NCBI GenBank assembly: GCA_963923455.1
Contig: CAWULT010000003.1
Coordinates: 15,935-79,934, forward strand
Direction of reading: 5' to 3'
From: an uncultured bacterium
GTDB lineage: Bacteria > Acidobacteriota > Vicinamibacteria > Vicinamibacterales > UBA2999
Length of the DNA: 64,000 nucleotides
Position 1 is the first letter of the stretch. Every line of letters begins with the position of its first letter. The notes below the pieces were generated by a model. It ran no database searches, had not been told where the DNA came from, and was given only the letters and a program-made list of their open reading frames with translations. The translations under genes and the position numbers were made by a program. Shown here piece after piece: positions 47,181-59,455 of the stretch.

Positions 47181-48036
47181 GCGGCGTCCGGCGCTTGGGA
47201 AGGGCCTCAGCGCGCTGATTCCAGATGCGCCGGAGGCGAGGCAGGGCGCGATTGAGGTGGACATCGACCTGTTGTCGCCGAACGAACAGCAACCACGCCT
47301 GCAGATGGACGATGCTCGGCTGGAAGAGCTGGCCAGGTCGATCGGTGTCAACGGTGTCATTCAACCGATTCTGGTTCGAAGGGTCGGTAACCGCTATCGC
47401 ATCATCGCAGGCGAGCGGCGATGGCGCGCGGCCCAGAAGGTCGGCCTCCAGAAGGTACCGGTCGTCGTTCGCGAGGTACCGGACGGAGCGGACCAATTGC
47501 TCCTCGAGTTGGCGCTCATCGAGAACATTCAGCGCGAAAACCTCAATCCAGTCGACGAAGGCATCGCCTACAAGAAGCTGGCTGACCAACATGGGCTCAC
47601 CCAGGAGCAGATTGCCGTCGCGGTCGGCAAGGACCGGGCCTCGGTCGCCAATTTCATCCGTCTGCTGAAGCTGCCCGACGACGTCCGGGCCAGCGTGTCG
47701 TCGGGCGACTTGTCCATGGGGCAAGCCCGGGCAATCCTGTCCTTGGCCGATCCGGGGGCGCAACGACGTGCGGCGCACGAGGCGATCTCGCGGGGGCTGT
47801 CAGTACGAGAGACGGAGTCCCTGGTCAAGCGCCTCGGCGCGCCGGTCTCTGAGTCGAAGGCCCGAACCGCAGCCGAGAAGGATGTCCATACGAGGGCGGC
47901 CGAAGATCGGATGCGTTTCGCCTTGGGGGCGAAAGTTGCTATCCACCGCAAAGGCAAACGGGGAGTCGTCGAAATCGCCTTCGAGTCGGAGGACGAACTG
48001 AACCGGATCTTCGAGTTCATTACCGCCAAGCGTTAA
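47173..48036 (+). CDS. parB: Chromosome partitioning protein ParB/Spo0J
   Basis: 287 aa from ATG 47173 (MSERRPALGKGLSALIP...), ParB box GERRWRAAQ, HTH region. Overlaps the parA end by 8 nt. The ORF-track start at 47062 is an extension. Confidence 0.95.
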   Translation: MSERRPALGKGLSALIPDAPEARQGAIEVDIDLLSPNEQQPRLQMDDARLEELARSIGVNGVIQPILVRRVGNRYRIIAGERRWRAAQKVGLQKVPVVVREVPDGADQLLLELALIENIQRENLNPVDEGIAYKKLADQHGLTQEQIAVAVGKDRASVANFIRLLKLPDDVRASVSSGDLSMGQARAILSLADPGAQRRAAHEAISRGLSVRETESLVKRLGAPVSESKARTAAEKDVHTRAAEDRMRFALGAKVAIHRKGKRGVVEIAFESEDELNRIFEFITAKR

Positions 48037-48054
48037 CAAGCGTCGGCTTATCCG

Positions 48055-48063
48055 TGATATAAA
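48055..48063 (+). promoter_or_regulatory. Extended -10-like element (TGATATAAA) upstream of atpH, a weak promoter candidate
   Basis: This is the only AT-rich patch in the 231-nt parB-atpH spacer. A possible -35 (TTAACA) lies 19 nt upstream, which is a long spacer. Confidence 0.25.
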
Positions 48064-48267
48064 GAGACGTTTGTGCCTTTGAGGTACAAGCTCGACCTAG
48101 AACGCCCTGCGCGTAATCGCGCCAGTGCCGGCCGCGCGCGGCGCCGCGAGGTGCCTCCGAACGCGGGGCGCGCATGCCGTGTCTGGAACGGCGTGGTCGA
48201 GGGATGAGCTGTTTCACTGTGAACGAGCCGGGTCGTGATCCTGGCCCACGTTTCGCCCAGGTGACGC

Positions 48268-48813
48268 TTGAGTAGCCGTGCTTCCGCCGCCCGCTATTCC
48301 CGAGCGCTGTTCGACATTGCGCTCAAGGAATCCGATCCTCACCTCGCCGCGCGTGAACTCGCCGAGTTCAATGCCGTGCTCGAGGGCCATGAGGAGCTGA
48401 AACGTACCCTTGCCAGTCCGGGCGTTTCGCCCGCGAGCAAGCGGAATCTGCTGCAGGCGCTCGTGACGCGCGCCGCGTGCTCGGCGCCGGTGGCCAAGCT
48501 GTTGCTGCTGCTGGCCGAGCGCGATCGCCTCAGCCTGTTGCCCGATGTGGTGGAGCTGTTCAGGGAACGGCTCATGGACCACGAGAAGATGGTGCGTGCG
48601 GACATCACGACAGCGGCTCCGTTGCAGCCCGTGCAGGCGCAGCGCCTCGAGCAGCAGCTGAGTGAGCTGACCCGTCGCCGCGTCACCCTGACTACCAAGG
48701 TGGATCCCGCCATCATCGGCGGCGTCGTGGCCCGTATCGGAGGCACCGTCTTCGACGGCAGTGTAGCGACGCAGTTGGCCCGAATCCGGGAACGCCTCGT
48801 TGTGCAGCGTTAG
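48268..48813 (+). CDS. atpH: F0F1 ATP synthase subunit delta (OSCP)
   Basis: 181 aa, TTG start. ...RYSRALFDIALKE... N-terminus and ...GGVVARIGGTVFDGSVATQLARIRERL C-terminus typical of delta. Confidence 0.88.
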   Translation: MSSRASAARYSRALFDIALKESDPHLAARELAEFNAVLEGHEELKRTLASPGVSPASKRNLLQALVTRAACSAPVAKLLLLLAERDRLSLLPDVVELFRERLMDHEKMVRADITTAAPLQPVQAQRLEQQLSELTRRRVTLTTKVDPAIIGGVVARIGGTVFDGSVATQLARIRERLVVQR

Positions 48814-48837
48814 CTGACGAATCGAAGAAGGATCGAC

Positions 48838-50370
<1,533 letters not shown>

Positions 50371-50376
50371 TACGTC

Positions 50377-51240
50377 ATGCCGTCACTCATCGACCTTCGG
50401 CGCCGGATCCGCGCGGTCAAGTCGACGCAGCAGATCACGAAAGCGATGAAGATGATCGCGGCCTCGCGCCTGCGCCGTGCCCAGGAGCGCGTGATCGCGG
50501 CGCGTCCCTTCGCGCAGCAGATGAACCGCGTCATGCACGGATTGGTGTCGCGCGTGAATCAGGACACCCATCCGCTGCTGCGCGCGGCGGAGCCCGGCAA
50601 GGGCCGTCCGCTGCTGATCGTCGTGTCGGCCGACCGTGGCCTCTGCGGCAGCTTCAACTCGAACGTGATCAAGGCCGCAGGCCAGTTCATCCTGAACGAG
50701 GGCCGCGACGGAGTGGCTCTCGGCCTGGTCGGCCGCAAGGCACGCGACTTCTACCGTCGGCGGGGGTTCGATGTCCGCTACGAGGCCGCGGGCATCTTTC
50801 AGCGGCTCTCGTTTGCCGACGCCGTGACGCTGGCCAACGCCGCGATCCAGGAGTTCACCAGCGGCGAAGCTTCGAGCGTGCACCTCGTCTACAACGAGTT
50901 CAAGTCGGTGATCGCCCAGCGGCTCGTCGTCGAACAGCTGCTGCCGATCAAGCGGCTCGACGAGCCAGCCGCCAACGAGGCGTCGCTCGACTACATCTTC
51001 GAGCCGGCCGCCGAGCAGATCTTCCACGACCTGCTGCCGCGCTATGTGCAGGCCCAGGTGTACCGCGCGCTGCTCGAATCGAACGCCGCGTTCTTCGCGG
51101 CGCAGATGACGGCGATGGACGCCGCCACGCGCAACTCGGCGGAGATGATCGAGAGCCTGACGCTCTACATGAACAAGGTGCGTCAGGCGGCGATCACGAG
51201 AGAGATCATCGAGGTGGTCTCTGGCGCGGCCGCGACGTAG
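50377..51240 (+). CDS. atpG: F0F1 ATP synthase subunit gamma
   Basis: 287 aa, MPSLIDLRRRIRAVKSTQQITKAMKMIAASRLRRAQ... and C-terminal ...QAAITREIIEVVSGA. Confidence 0.95.
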   Translation: MPSLIDLRRRIRAVKSTQQITKAMKMIAASRLRRAQERVIAARPFAQQMNRVMHGLVSRVNQDTHPLLRAAEPGKGRPLLIVVSADRGLCGSFNSNVIKAAGQFILNEGRDGVALGLVGRKARDFYRRRGFDVRYEAAGIFQRLSFADAVTLANAAIQEFTSGEASSVHLVYNEFKSVIAQRLVVEQLLPIKRLDEPAANEASLDYIFEPAAEQIFHDLLPRYVQAQVYRALLESNAAFFAAQMTAMDAATRNSAEMIESLTLYMNKVRQAAITREIIEVVSGAAAT

Positions 51241-52743
<1,503 letters not shown>

Positions 52744-52744
52744 C

Positions 52745-53170
52745 ATGGATCGGCCGACGAAGATCGCGCTCGAGATCGTGACACCGGACCGGGCTCTCGT
52801 GACCGCCGAGGTCGACGAGGTCCAGGTTCCGGGGCTGGAAGGCTACTTCGGCGTTCTGCCGGGGCATGCCCCACTGCTCGCGTCGCTGCAGGTTGGTGAG
52901 ATGTGGTACCGGATCGGCCAGGACACACACCATCTGGCCATCGCGTTCGGGTTCGCGGAGGTGCTGCCCGATCGCGTCACCATCCTGGCCCAGATCGCCG
53001 AACGGGCGCAGGACATCGACGTCAACCGTGCCGAGGCCGCCAAGGCAAGAGCGGAGAAGCGGATCGCCGGCGGCCCTCAAGTGGATCTGGACTTCGATCG
53101 TGCGCGGATCGCGCTGATGAAGTCGTTGATCCGGCTCCAGGTCGCGACGAGAGCCCGCACGCGGGCCTGA
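52745..53170 (+). CDS. atpC: F0F1 ATP synthase subunit epsilon
   Basis: 141 aa, in the conserved position 1 nt after atpD, with a beta-sandwich followed by a helical hairpin pattern. Confidence 0.9.
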   Translation: MDRPTKIALEIVTPDRALVTAEVDEVQVPGLEGYFGVLPGHAPLLASLQVGEMWYRIGQDTHHLAIAFGFAEVLPDRVTILAQIAERAQDIDVNRAEAAKARAEKRIAGGPQVDLDFDRARIALMKSLIRLQVATRARTRA

Positions 53171-53182
53171 CCTGAGGCATGG

Positions 53183-53214
53183 GGCTCCCGGACTCCGCCC
53201 GCGGGCCGGGAGCC
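53183..53214 (+). terminator. GC-rich hairpin after atpC (candidate terminator, no U-tract)
   Basis: GGCTCCCGG (53183-91) pairs with CCGGGAGCC (53206-14). The 14-nt loop contains the palindrome CCCGCGGG. Confidence 0.3.
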
Positions 53215-53245
53215 AGCAACGCAGTCCCTCTCGTGCGCTGAGTGG

Positions 53246-54052
53246 GTGCGCCCGACCGTGCTCGCCAATCTTCGAGAACTGCTGCGGTATCGAGCGCTCG
53301 TCCGGAGCCTGGTCGGTCGCGAGCTCAAGGCTCGCTACCGCGGGTCCGTGCTCGGCTTCCTGTGGTCCTTCATCAACCCGCTGCTCCTGCTGCTGATCTA
53401 CACGTTCGTGTTCACGGTGGTCATGCCAGGGAGCCGCGGACAAGGACTTGAGCCGTACTCCCTCTTCCTCTTCTGCGGCCTGCTGCCGTGGACCTGGTTC
53501 TCGTCGTCGCTGCTCGAATCGAGCAACGCGCTGATCGCCAGCGGCAATCTGATTCGCAAGGTCATGTTCCCGGCCGAGGTGCTGCCCGTGGTTTCGGTGC
53601 TGACCGGCCTGGTCCACTTCTGCCTGGGCTTGCCGATCCTGGGCCTGTTCATCCTCTATGCCGCGGTGCCCGTCGTGCCCACCGACCTGCTCTGGTTGCC
53701 GGTCGTCGTGCTGATTCAGCTGGTGCTCACCCTTGGCCTGGCCCTGCTACTGTCGTCGCTGACCGTCCACTTCAGGGACCTCCGCGACCTGCTCGGCAAC
53801 GTGCTCACGCTCTGGTTCTTCGCGACGCCGATCATCTATCCCGCGGCGCAGGCACCCGAGAAATACCACTGGATCCTGAACCTCAATCCCTTCACGCACC
53901 TCGCGACGGCCTATCAGCAGGTCCTGTTCGTGCCAGGGCCGATGCACCCCGGCGCGGGCCTGGCTGGCGCGGCCGGGCTCGCGCTGGTGGTGTTCGCCGT
54001 TGGCTACTCCGTGTTCGACCGTCTGCGGGATACCCTCGCCGAGGAGGTCTGA
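53246..54052 (+). CDS. wzm: ABC-2 type polysaccharide/O-antigen export permease
   Basis: 268 aa, GTG start, six TMs. N-terminal ...LVGRELKARYRGSVLGFLWSFINPLLLLLIY... is typical of Wzm/TagG permeases. Confidence 0.85.
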   Translation: MRPTVLANLRELLRYRALVRSLVGRELKARYRGSVLGFLWSFINPLLLLLIYTFVFTVVMPGSRGQGLEPYSLFLFCGLLPWTWFSSSLLESSNALIASGNLIRKVMFPAEVLPVVSVLTGLVHFCLGLPILGLFILYAAVPVVPTDLLWLPVVVLIQLVLTLGLALLLSSLTVHFRDLRDLLGNVLTLWFFATPIIYPAAQAPEKYHWILNLNPFTHLATAYQQVLFVPGPMHPGAGLAGAAGLALVVFAVGYSVFDRLRDTLAEEV

Positions 54053-54056
54053 GGCG

Positions 54057-55364
54057 ATGAACGCCGTCGAGGTCCGCGACGTTCGGAAGCTCTATCGTCG
54101 CTACGGGCGCCGGAAGAGCTTCGGCACCATCAAGAGCGCACTGCTCGGCGGGGGAGTCCTCAGCGCACTGAAGCCGGACGCCACCTTCGAAGCCCTCAAA
54201 GGCGTCTCGCTCGACGTGCGTGCGGGCAGCACCGTCGGCCTGATTGGCCGAAACGGCTCGGGCAAGTCCACCCTCTTGAAGCTCATCGCCGGCATCGGCA
54301 AACCCACGTCGGGCACGATTCGCGTCGATGGACGCGTGTCGGCCCTCATCGAACTCGGAGCCGGGTTTCACCCGGAGATCTCGGGCCGCGAGAACGTGTT
54401 CATCAACGGCATGATGCTCGGACTCTCCAAGCGGGACGTGGCCAGGAAATTCGACGCAATCGCCGCCTTCGCCGACATCGGCGACTTCATCGAGGCGCCG
54501 GTCAAGACGTACTCGTCCGGCATGTACATGCGCCTGGGGTTCGCCGTCGCCATCAACGTCGACCCGGACGTCCTCCTCGTGGACGAAGTGCTGGCCGTCG
54601 GCGACGAGGCGTTCACGCACAAGTGCCTCGACAAGTTCGCGGAGTTCCGGCGGCAGGGCAGGACGGTCGTGCTCGTGACCCACAATCCGGACCTCGTCGC
54701 GCGCTTCTGCGACGACGCCGTGTGGCTCGACGACGGAAGGCTGCAGGCGCACGGCGACCCGCGCCGCGTAATCGACGCCTATCTAATGGACGTGGCCGCA
54801 GCCGAAGGGGCGGCGCTCACGGCACTGGCCGAGCATCGGGATCCCTTGATGGCCGCCGAGGCCATCCCGTCGAACATGTTCGAGGCCGATCAGGGGCGAT
54901 GGGGCACCAGGGAGGCAGAACTGCTCGACGTCACCCTCCGGTGCGGCGACGGGTCGACGTCTCGTGTCATGCGATCGGGGGAGCCGTTCGAGGTGCTGCT
55001 CCGTGCTCGAGCATCCTCCCCCCTGGCGGACTTCGCGTTCGGTGTCGCCATCTTCAACGGCGACGGTGTCTGCTGCTACGGCACGAACACCACCATTGAT
55101 GGCGGAACGCCGGAGACGTTCGCGGGCGACGGGGAGGTTCGATTCACGATTCCCGCACTCCCCCTGCTCGACGGCCTCTACACGGTGGACGTTGCGGTGC
55201 ACCGCCAGAACGGCGTGCCCTACGACTACCATCGCAAGCTCCACGCCTTCCGCGTGCAGTCGTCCCGCAAGGACGTCGGAGTGTTCCGGCCCCCGCACCA
55301 CTGGGAGTTCTCGGGCGGGGTCCGCCTGGCGGGACTCGGGCCTGGAGATGACGAGGCCTCATGA
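54057..55364 (+). CDS. wzt: Polysaccharide/O-antigen ABC transporter ATP-binding protein with C-terminal Wzt_C-like carbohydrate-binding domain
   Basis: 435 aa from ATG 54057, with GAGGAGG upstream. Walker A GRNGSGKST, signature YSSGMYMRL, Walker B LLVDEVL, and a ~150-aa C-terminal beta-rich extension. Confidence 0.85.
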   Translation: MNAVEVRDVRKLYRRYGRRKSFGTIKSALLGGGVLSALKPDATFEALKGVSLDVRAGSTVGLIGRNGSGKSTLLKLIAGIGKPTSGTIRVDGRVSALIELGAGFHPEISGRENVFINGMMLGLSKRDVARKFDAIAAFADIGDFIEAPVKTYSSGMYMRLGFAVAINVDPDVLLVDEVLAVGDEAFTHKCLDKFAEFRRQGRTVVLVTHNPDLVARFCDDAVWLDDGRLQAHGDPRRVIDAYLMDVAAAEGAALTALAEHRDPLMAAEAIPSNMFEADQGRWGTREAELLDVTLRCGDGSTSRVMRSGEPFEVLLRARASSPLADFAFGVAIFNGDGVCCYGTNTTIDGGTPETFAGDGEVRFTIPALPLLDGLYTVDVAVHRQNGVPYDYHRKLHAFRVQSSRKDVGVFRPPHHWEFSGGVRLAGLGPGDDEAS

Positions 55365-55852
55365 CGCGAGCGTCCGCTTCGCACCTCCTGACGCTCGACG
55401 AGGCTGCTGCCTTCGCGGCATCGTGCCGGACAGCAGGCCGCCGCCTCGTCTTCACCAATGGCGTATTCGACGTGTTGCATCCCGGACACGTGCGATACCT
55501 CCATCAGGCGCGCGCGCTCGGCGACGTACTGCTGGTCGCCGTCAACACGGACCGCTCCGTCCGCGCCAACAAAGGGCCGACGAGACCCGTGCATCCCGAG
55601 CTCGAGCGCGCCGAGATCCTGCTGTCTCTCCGCGACGTCGATGGTGTCGTCCTGTTCGACGACGACACCCCGATTGCCGTCATCGACCGAATCCAGCCGG
55701 ACGTCCTGGTCAAGGGCGCGGATTGGGGGCACGATGCCATCGTCGGCCGGGACATCGTGGAGGCTCGCGGGGGCCGGGTCGTCCGAATCCCTCTCGCTGA
55801 CGGGTTCTCCTCGACTCAGCTGATCCGTCGCGCCGCAGCCGCGCGGCGCTGA
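55361..55852 (+). CDS. rfaE2: D-glycero-beta-D-manno-heptose 1-phosphate adenylyltransferase (RfaE domain II-type cytidylyltransferase)
   Basis: 163 aa, FTNGVFDVLHPGHVRYL (HxGH motif) and ...VKGADW.... The ATG overlaps the wzt stop (ATGA). Confidence 0.85.
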   Translation: MTRASASHLLTLDEAAAFAASCRTAGRRLVFTNGVFDVLHPGHVRYLHQARALGDVLLVAVNTDRSVRANKGPTRPVHPELERAEILLSLRDVDGVVLFDDDTPIAVIDRIQPDVLVKGADWGHDAIVGRDIVEARGGRVVRIPLADGFSSTQLIRRAAAARR

Positions 55853-55862
55853 ACGCTTCACG

Positions 55863-58800
55863 ATGGCGAATCCTCCCTCCCTGGCGCTGCGGGCCGTTCT
55901 CGGTCGCGCGATCGCCGCGCTCGGCTTCGAGCGGCCGGCCCCCGTCACAACGGGGCTGACGCCGAGCGTCAAGGCCCTTGCCGCCGTGGCCGCCGCGCGC
56001 ACGGTTGCCGGTGTGACGGTGCTCGTGGTGCCGACGGACAAGGACCTGGAGCAGGCCACCGCCGACGGCCGGTACTTCTATGGCGTGCTCCAGGGCGCCG
56101 GAGCCGCCGAGGCAGTAGGGGCCGTGCTACCGTTCCCGTCATTGCAGGTGGACCCGTATCGCGGGATGACGCCGCACTTCCGCGTGTCGGCCGCGCGTGC
56201 CGCCGCGCTGCACGCCGCGGTCCACGGCCGCGCACGGCTGATCGTGGCGTCGGCCGCGGCGATGCTGCCGCGCGTGGCAGAGCCTGCCCGGTTTCGCAGC
56301 GCCTCGATCGAGCTCAAGCCCGGGGTCGAAATCCCGCCACAGCACCTGGCGGCGGTGCTGGTCGACGCCGGTTTCACGCGCGAGGACCCCGTCGACGAGC
56401 ACGGCTCGTTCACGGTGCGCGGCGGCATCGTCGACGTCTTCCCGGCCGGTGACACCGAGCCCGTGCGTATCGAGTTCGTCGGAGACATGGTCGAGAGTCT
56501 CCGTCGATTCGACCCGGCCACACAGCGGTCAACGGCCCAGATCGACCAGCTGCAGATCGTGCCGGTTCGGGAGCGGTTCGAGTCGGGAGAGGAATCCGTG
56601 CTCGCCGCCGTCGACGTGCTCGACTTCCTCGGGGCGGGCCAGCCCGTCCAGCTGCTCGTGTCCGAGCACGAGACCGTCAGCGAACTCGTCAGGAACTCCC
56701 GCGCCCAACTCGAGAACAGCTACCACGACGCCTCCGCCCGGGGGCACGTCGCCGTTGCTCCACCCGACGTCGCGTGCGCGCCGCTCGGCGAGCTGACCCG
56801 CCGACTCGACGCCGCGTGTCGCCTCGAGGAGCTCGCCATCGAGCCGGCCGGCGGCGCCCAGGGGGAACGAGAGGCCAGACACGTCACGAGCCAGACGGCC
56901 CGGGGCTTCCATGGCCGCGTCACCGAGTGGGTGGGGGAGATCCGCAAGGCGCGTGAGCGGAACGAAACCGTGTTGTTCGTCGCCGACAGTGCCGGGCGCG
57001 CGGAGCGCACCATCGAGCTGCTGCGCGAATACGAGATCATCGCCGTCCCCATCGACGACGTTCAGCTCTCGTCGGGAGCGTCCGTCCTGGTCGCCGTCGG
57101 CGCCCTCTCCCATGGCTTCCGGATTCCGGATGCGGGCCTTCAGGTCTATGCCGAGGGCGACGTCTTCGACGATGAACGGCGGCCCGTCGAGCGTCGGCGG
57201 GACCTGACGAAGACGTTCCTGTCCGACCTTCGGGACCTGAAGGTTGGCGACCTCGTCGTGCACGTCGACCACGGCATCGGCGAGTTCGTCGGCCTCAAGC
57301 AACTCGGGGTCAGGGGGTCGGAAGGGGCGCGCGAGTTCCTCGAACTGCGCTATCACGGCGACGACAAGTTGTTCGTGCCGGTGGAACGCCTCGATCTCGT
57401 CCAGAAGTACACAGGCGGCGCCAGGCCGGCGCTCGATCGTCTGGGCGGTACGACCTGGGAGAAGGCCAAGACCCGCGTCAAGAAGGCGATGCGGGACATG
57501 GCGCAGGAACTGCTCAAGCTCTACGCGCAGCGCCGCGCCGTGCCTGGGCACGCGTTCTCGCCGGACACCCACTGGCAGGAGGAGTTCGAAGGCGCATTTC
57601 CCTACGATCTGACCCCGGACCAGGCGAGCGCGATCGCCGAGGTGAAGCGCGACATGGAGGCACCCACGCCGATGGACCGGCTTCTGTGCGGCGACGTGGG
57701 CTACGGGAAGACAGAGGTCGCGATGCGGGCCGCCTTCAAGGCGGTCATGGACGCGAAGCAGGTGGCGTTCCTGGCGCCGACGACCGTGCTGGCGTTCCAG
57801 CACACCAAGACGCTCAGGGAGCGCTTCGCGGGCTTCCCGGTGACGATCGACATGGTCAGCCGCTTCCGCTCGAAGGAGGAGATACGGCAGACGCTCGACG
57901 CCCTCGCGATTGGGAAGGTCGACATCATCGTCGGTACGCACCGGCTGCTGTCGAAGGACGTCCGCTTCAAGGACCTGGGCCTGCTCGTCGTCGATGAAGA
58001 GCAGCGTTTCGGCGTCGCGCACAAAGAGCGCATCAAGCAGATGCGAACCCGAATCGACGTGCTGACGATGACCGCCACGCCGATTCCGCGCACGCTGAAC
58101 ATGTCCCTCGTGGGCATCCGGGACATGTCCGTCATCGAGACACCGCCGAAGGACCGGCTCTCGATCCAGACGAACGTGGTGAAGTTCGACGCGCCCGTCA
58201 TCCAGCGGGCAATCCGGAACGAGCTGGCGCGCGGCGGCCAGGTGTACTTCGTGCACAACCGCGTGGAGTCGATCTTCTCGATGGCGGGCCTGCTCACGCG
58301 CCTCGTGCCGGAGGCGCGCGTGATGGTGGGACACGGACAGATGAGCGAGGAGGAACTCGAGCGCACGATGCTCGCGTTCGTGGAGCACAGGTGCGATGTG
58401 CTGCTGGCGACCACGATCGTCGAGAACGGCCTGGACATCCCGAACGCCAATACGATGATCATCAATCGGGCCGACCGGTACGGGCTGTCGCAGCTCTATC
58501 AACTGCGCGGACGCGTCGGCCGATCCGACCGGGCGGCCTTCGCGTATCTCCTGATCCCGACGCAGGACTCGTTGACCCCGGTGGCGAGGCGCCGCCTGGC
58601 CGCCATTCGGGAGTTCAGCGATCTCGGCAGCGGCTTCCGTGTGGCGGCGCTCGACCTCGAAATCCGTGGGGCCGGGAACCTGCTGGGCGGCCAGCAGAGC
58701 GGGCATATCGAGGCGGTCGGTTTCGACATGTACGTGAAGCTCCTCGAGGAGACAGTCAGAGAACTGAAGGGCGAGGACCTCGAGGACGAGACACGCGCGA

Positions 58801-59399
58801 TGGTGAACCTGGGAGTCGACCTCAAGATCGACGAACGCTACATCCCCGACGTGAATCAGCGCCTGGTCATCTACCGCCGCGTGGCTGCCTCGCGAACGGA
58901 GGACGAGCTGGACGCGTCCCTGGCCGAGGTTCGCGACCGCTACGGCCCGCCGCCTCCCTCCCTGCTCAATCTGGTCGAGTACGGCCGGATCCGGATTGCG
59001 GCCGACCGGCTGGGTGTCGAGACCCTCGACCGCGAGGGGCGGTTCGTCGTCTTACGATTCAGGCCGCAGGCGCGGGTCGACCCGGTCAGGTTGGTCAAGG
59101 TGGTCGGAGAATGGCCCGGTGCCGTGTTGGTGCCGCCGGCGTCACTGAAGCTCGACCTGGAAGCCCCGGTCCAGCCACCCAGAGGCGACGGCCGGCCGCC
59201 GCGCGGCCGGCCAGGGGCCAGGACGGGCCCAGCGGGGAAAGGAAGCCAGGCGCCGAGCTGGTGGACGGCACGGGCAACGGCCGGCGAAGTGGCGGCTGGC
59301 TTCACGAAGGAAGAGTTGCTCCGGCGGCCGGAAGCCGATCCAAGAGCGGAAGGCGGCATGTTCGCTCGAATCGGCGGCCTGCTGGACGCGCTGGCGTGA
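55863..59399 (+). CDS. mfd: Transcription-repair coupling factor
   Basis: 1178 aa, with an UvrB-homology N-terminus, Walker A GDVGYGKTEV, a DEEQ box (VVDEEQRFG) and a TRCF C-terminal domain. Confidence 0.96.
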   Translation: MANPPSLALRAVLGRAIAALGFERPAPVTTGLTPSVKALAAVAAARTVAGVTVLVVPTDKDLEQATADGRYFYGVLQGAGAAEAVGAVLPFPSLQVDPYRGMTPHFRVSAARAAALHAAVHGRARLIVASAAAMLPRVAEPARFRSASIELKPGVEIPPQHLAAVLVDAGFTREDPVDEHGSFTVRGGIVDVFPAGDTEPVRIEFVGDMVESLRRFDPATQRSTAQIDQLQIVPVRERFESGEESVLAAVDVLDFLGAGQPVQLLVSEHETVSELVRNSRAQLENSYHDASARGHVAVAPPDVACAPLGELTRRLDAACRLEELAIEPAGGAQGEREARHVTSQTARGFHGRVTEWVGEIRKARERNETVLFVADSAGRAERTIELLREYEIIAVPIDDVQLSSGASVLVAVGALSHGFRIPDAGLQVYAEGDVFDDERRPVERRRDLTKTFLSDLRDLKVGDLVVHVDHGIGEFVGLKQLGVRGSEGAREFLELRYHGDDKLFVPVERLDLVQKYTGGARPALDRLGGTTWEKAKTRVKKAMRDMAQELLKLYAQRRAVPGHAFSPDTHWQEEFEGAFPYDLTPDQASAIAEVKRDMEAPTPMDRLLCGDVGYGKTEVAMRAAFKAVMDAKQVAFLAPTTVLAFQHTKTLRERFAGFPVTIDMVSRFRSKEEIRQTLDALAIGKVDIIVGTHRLLSKDVRFKDLGLLVVDEEQRFGVAHKERIKQMRTRIDVLTMTATPIPRTLNMSLVGIRDMSVIETPPKDRLSIQTNVVKFDAPVIQRAIRNELARGGQVYFVHNRVESIFSMAGLLTRLVPEARVMVGHGQMSEEELERTMLAFVEHRCDVLLATTIVENGLDIPNANTMIINRADRYGLSQLYQLRGRVGRSDRAAFAYLLIPTQDSLTPVARRRLAAIREFSDLGSGFRVAALDLEIRGAGNLLGGQQSGHIEAVGFDMYVKLLEETVRELKGEDLEDETRAMVNLGVDLKIDERYIPDVNQRLVIYRRVAASRTEDELDASLAEVRDRYGPPPPSLLNLVEYGRIRIAADRLGVETLDREGRFVVLRFRPQARVDPVRLVKVVGEWPGAVLVPPASLKLDLEAPVQPPRGDGRPPRGRPGARTGPAGKGSQAPSWWTARATAGEVAAGFTKEELLRRPEADPRAEGGMFARIGGLLDALA

Positions 59400-59455
59400 C
59401 GCCAGGTGGCCGTTCGCATCGCGTCGGGTAAAATACTGACATCCAAGGAATTGCC

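Noticed and set aside
48210-48226. parS-like near-palindrome TGTTTCAC-T-GTGAACGA upstream of atpH
   Set aside because: The left half matches parS, but an extra central base and a divergent right half break the 16-bp symmetry. It is unlikely to be a functional ParB site without experimental support.
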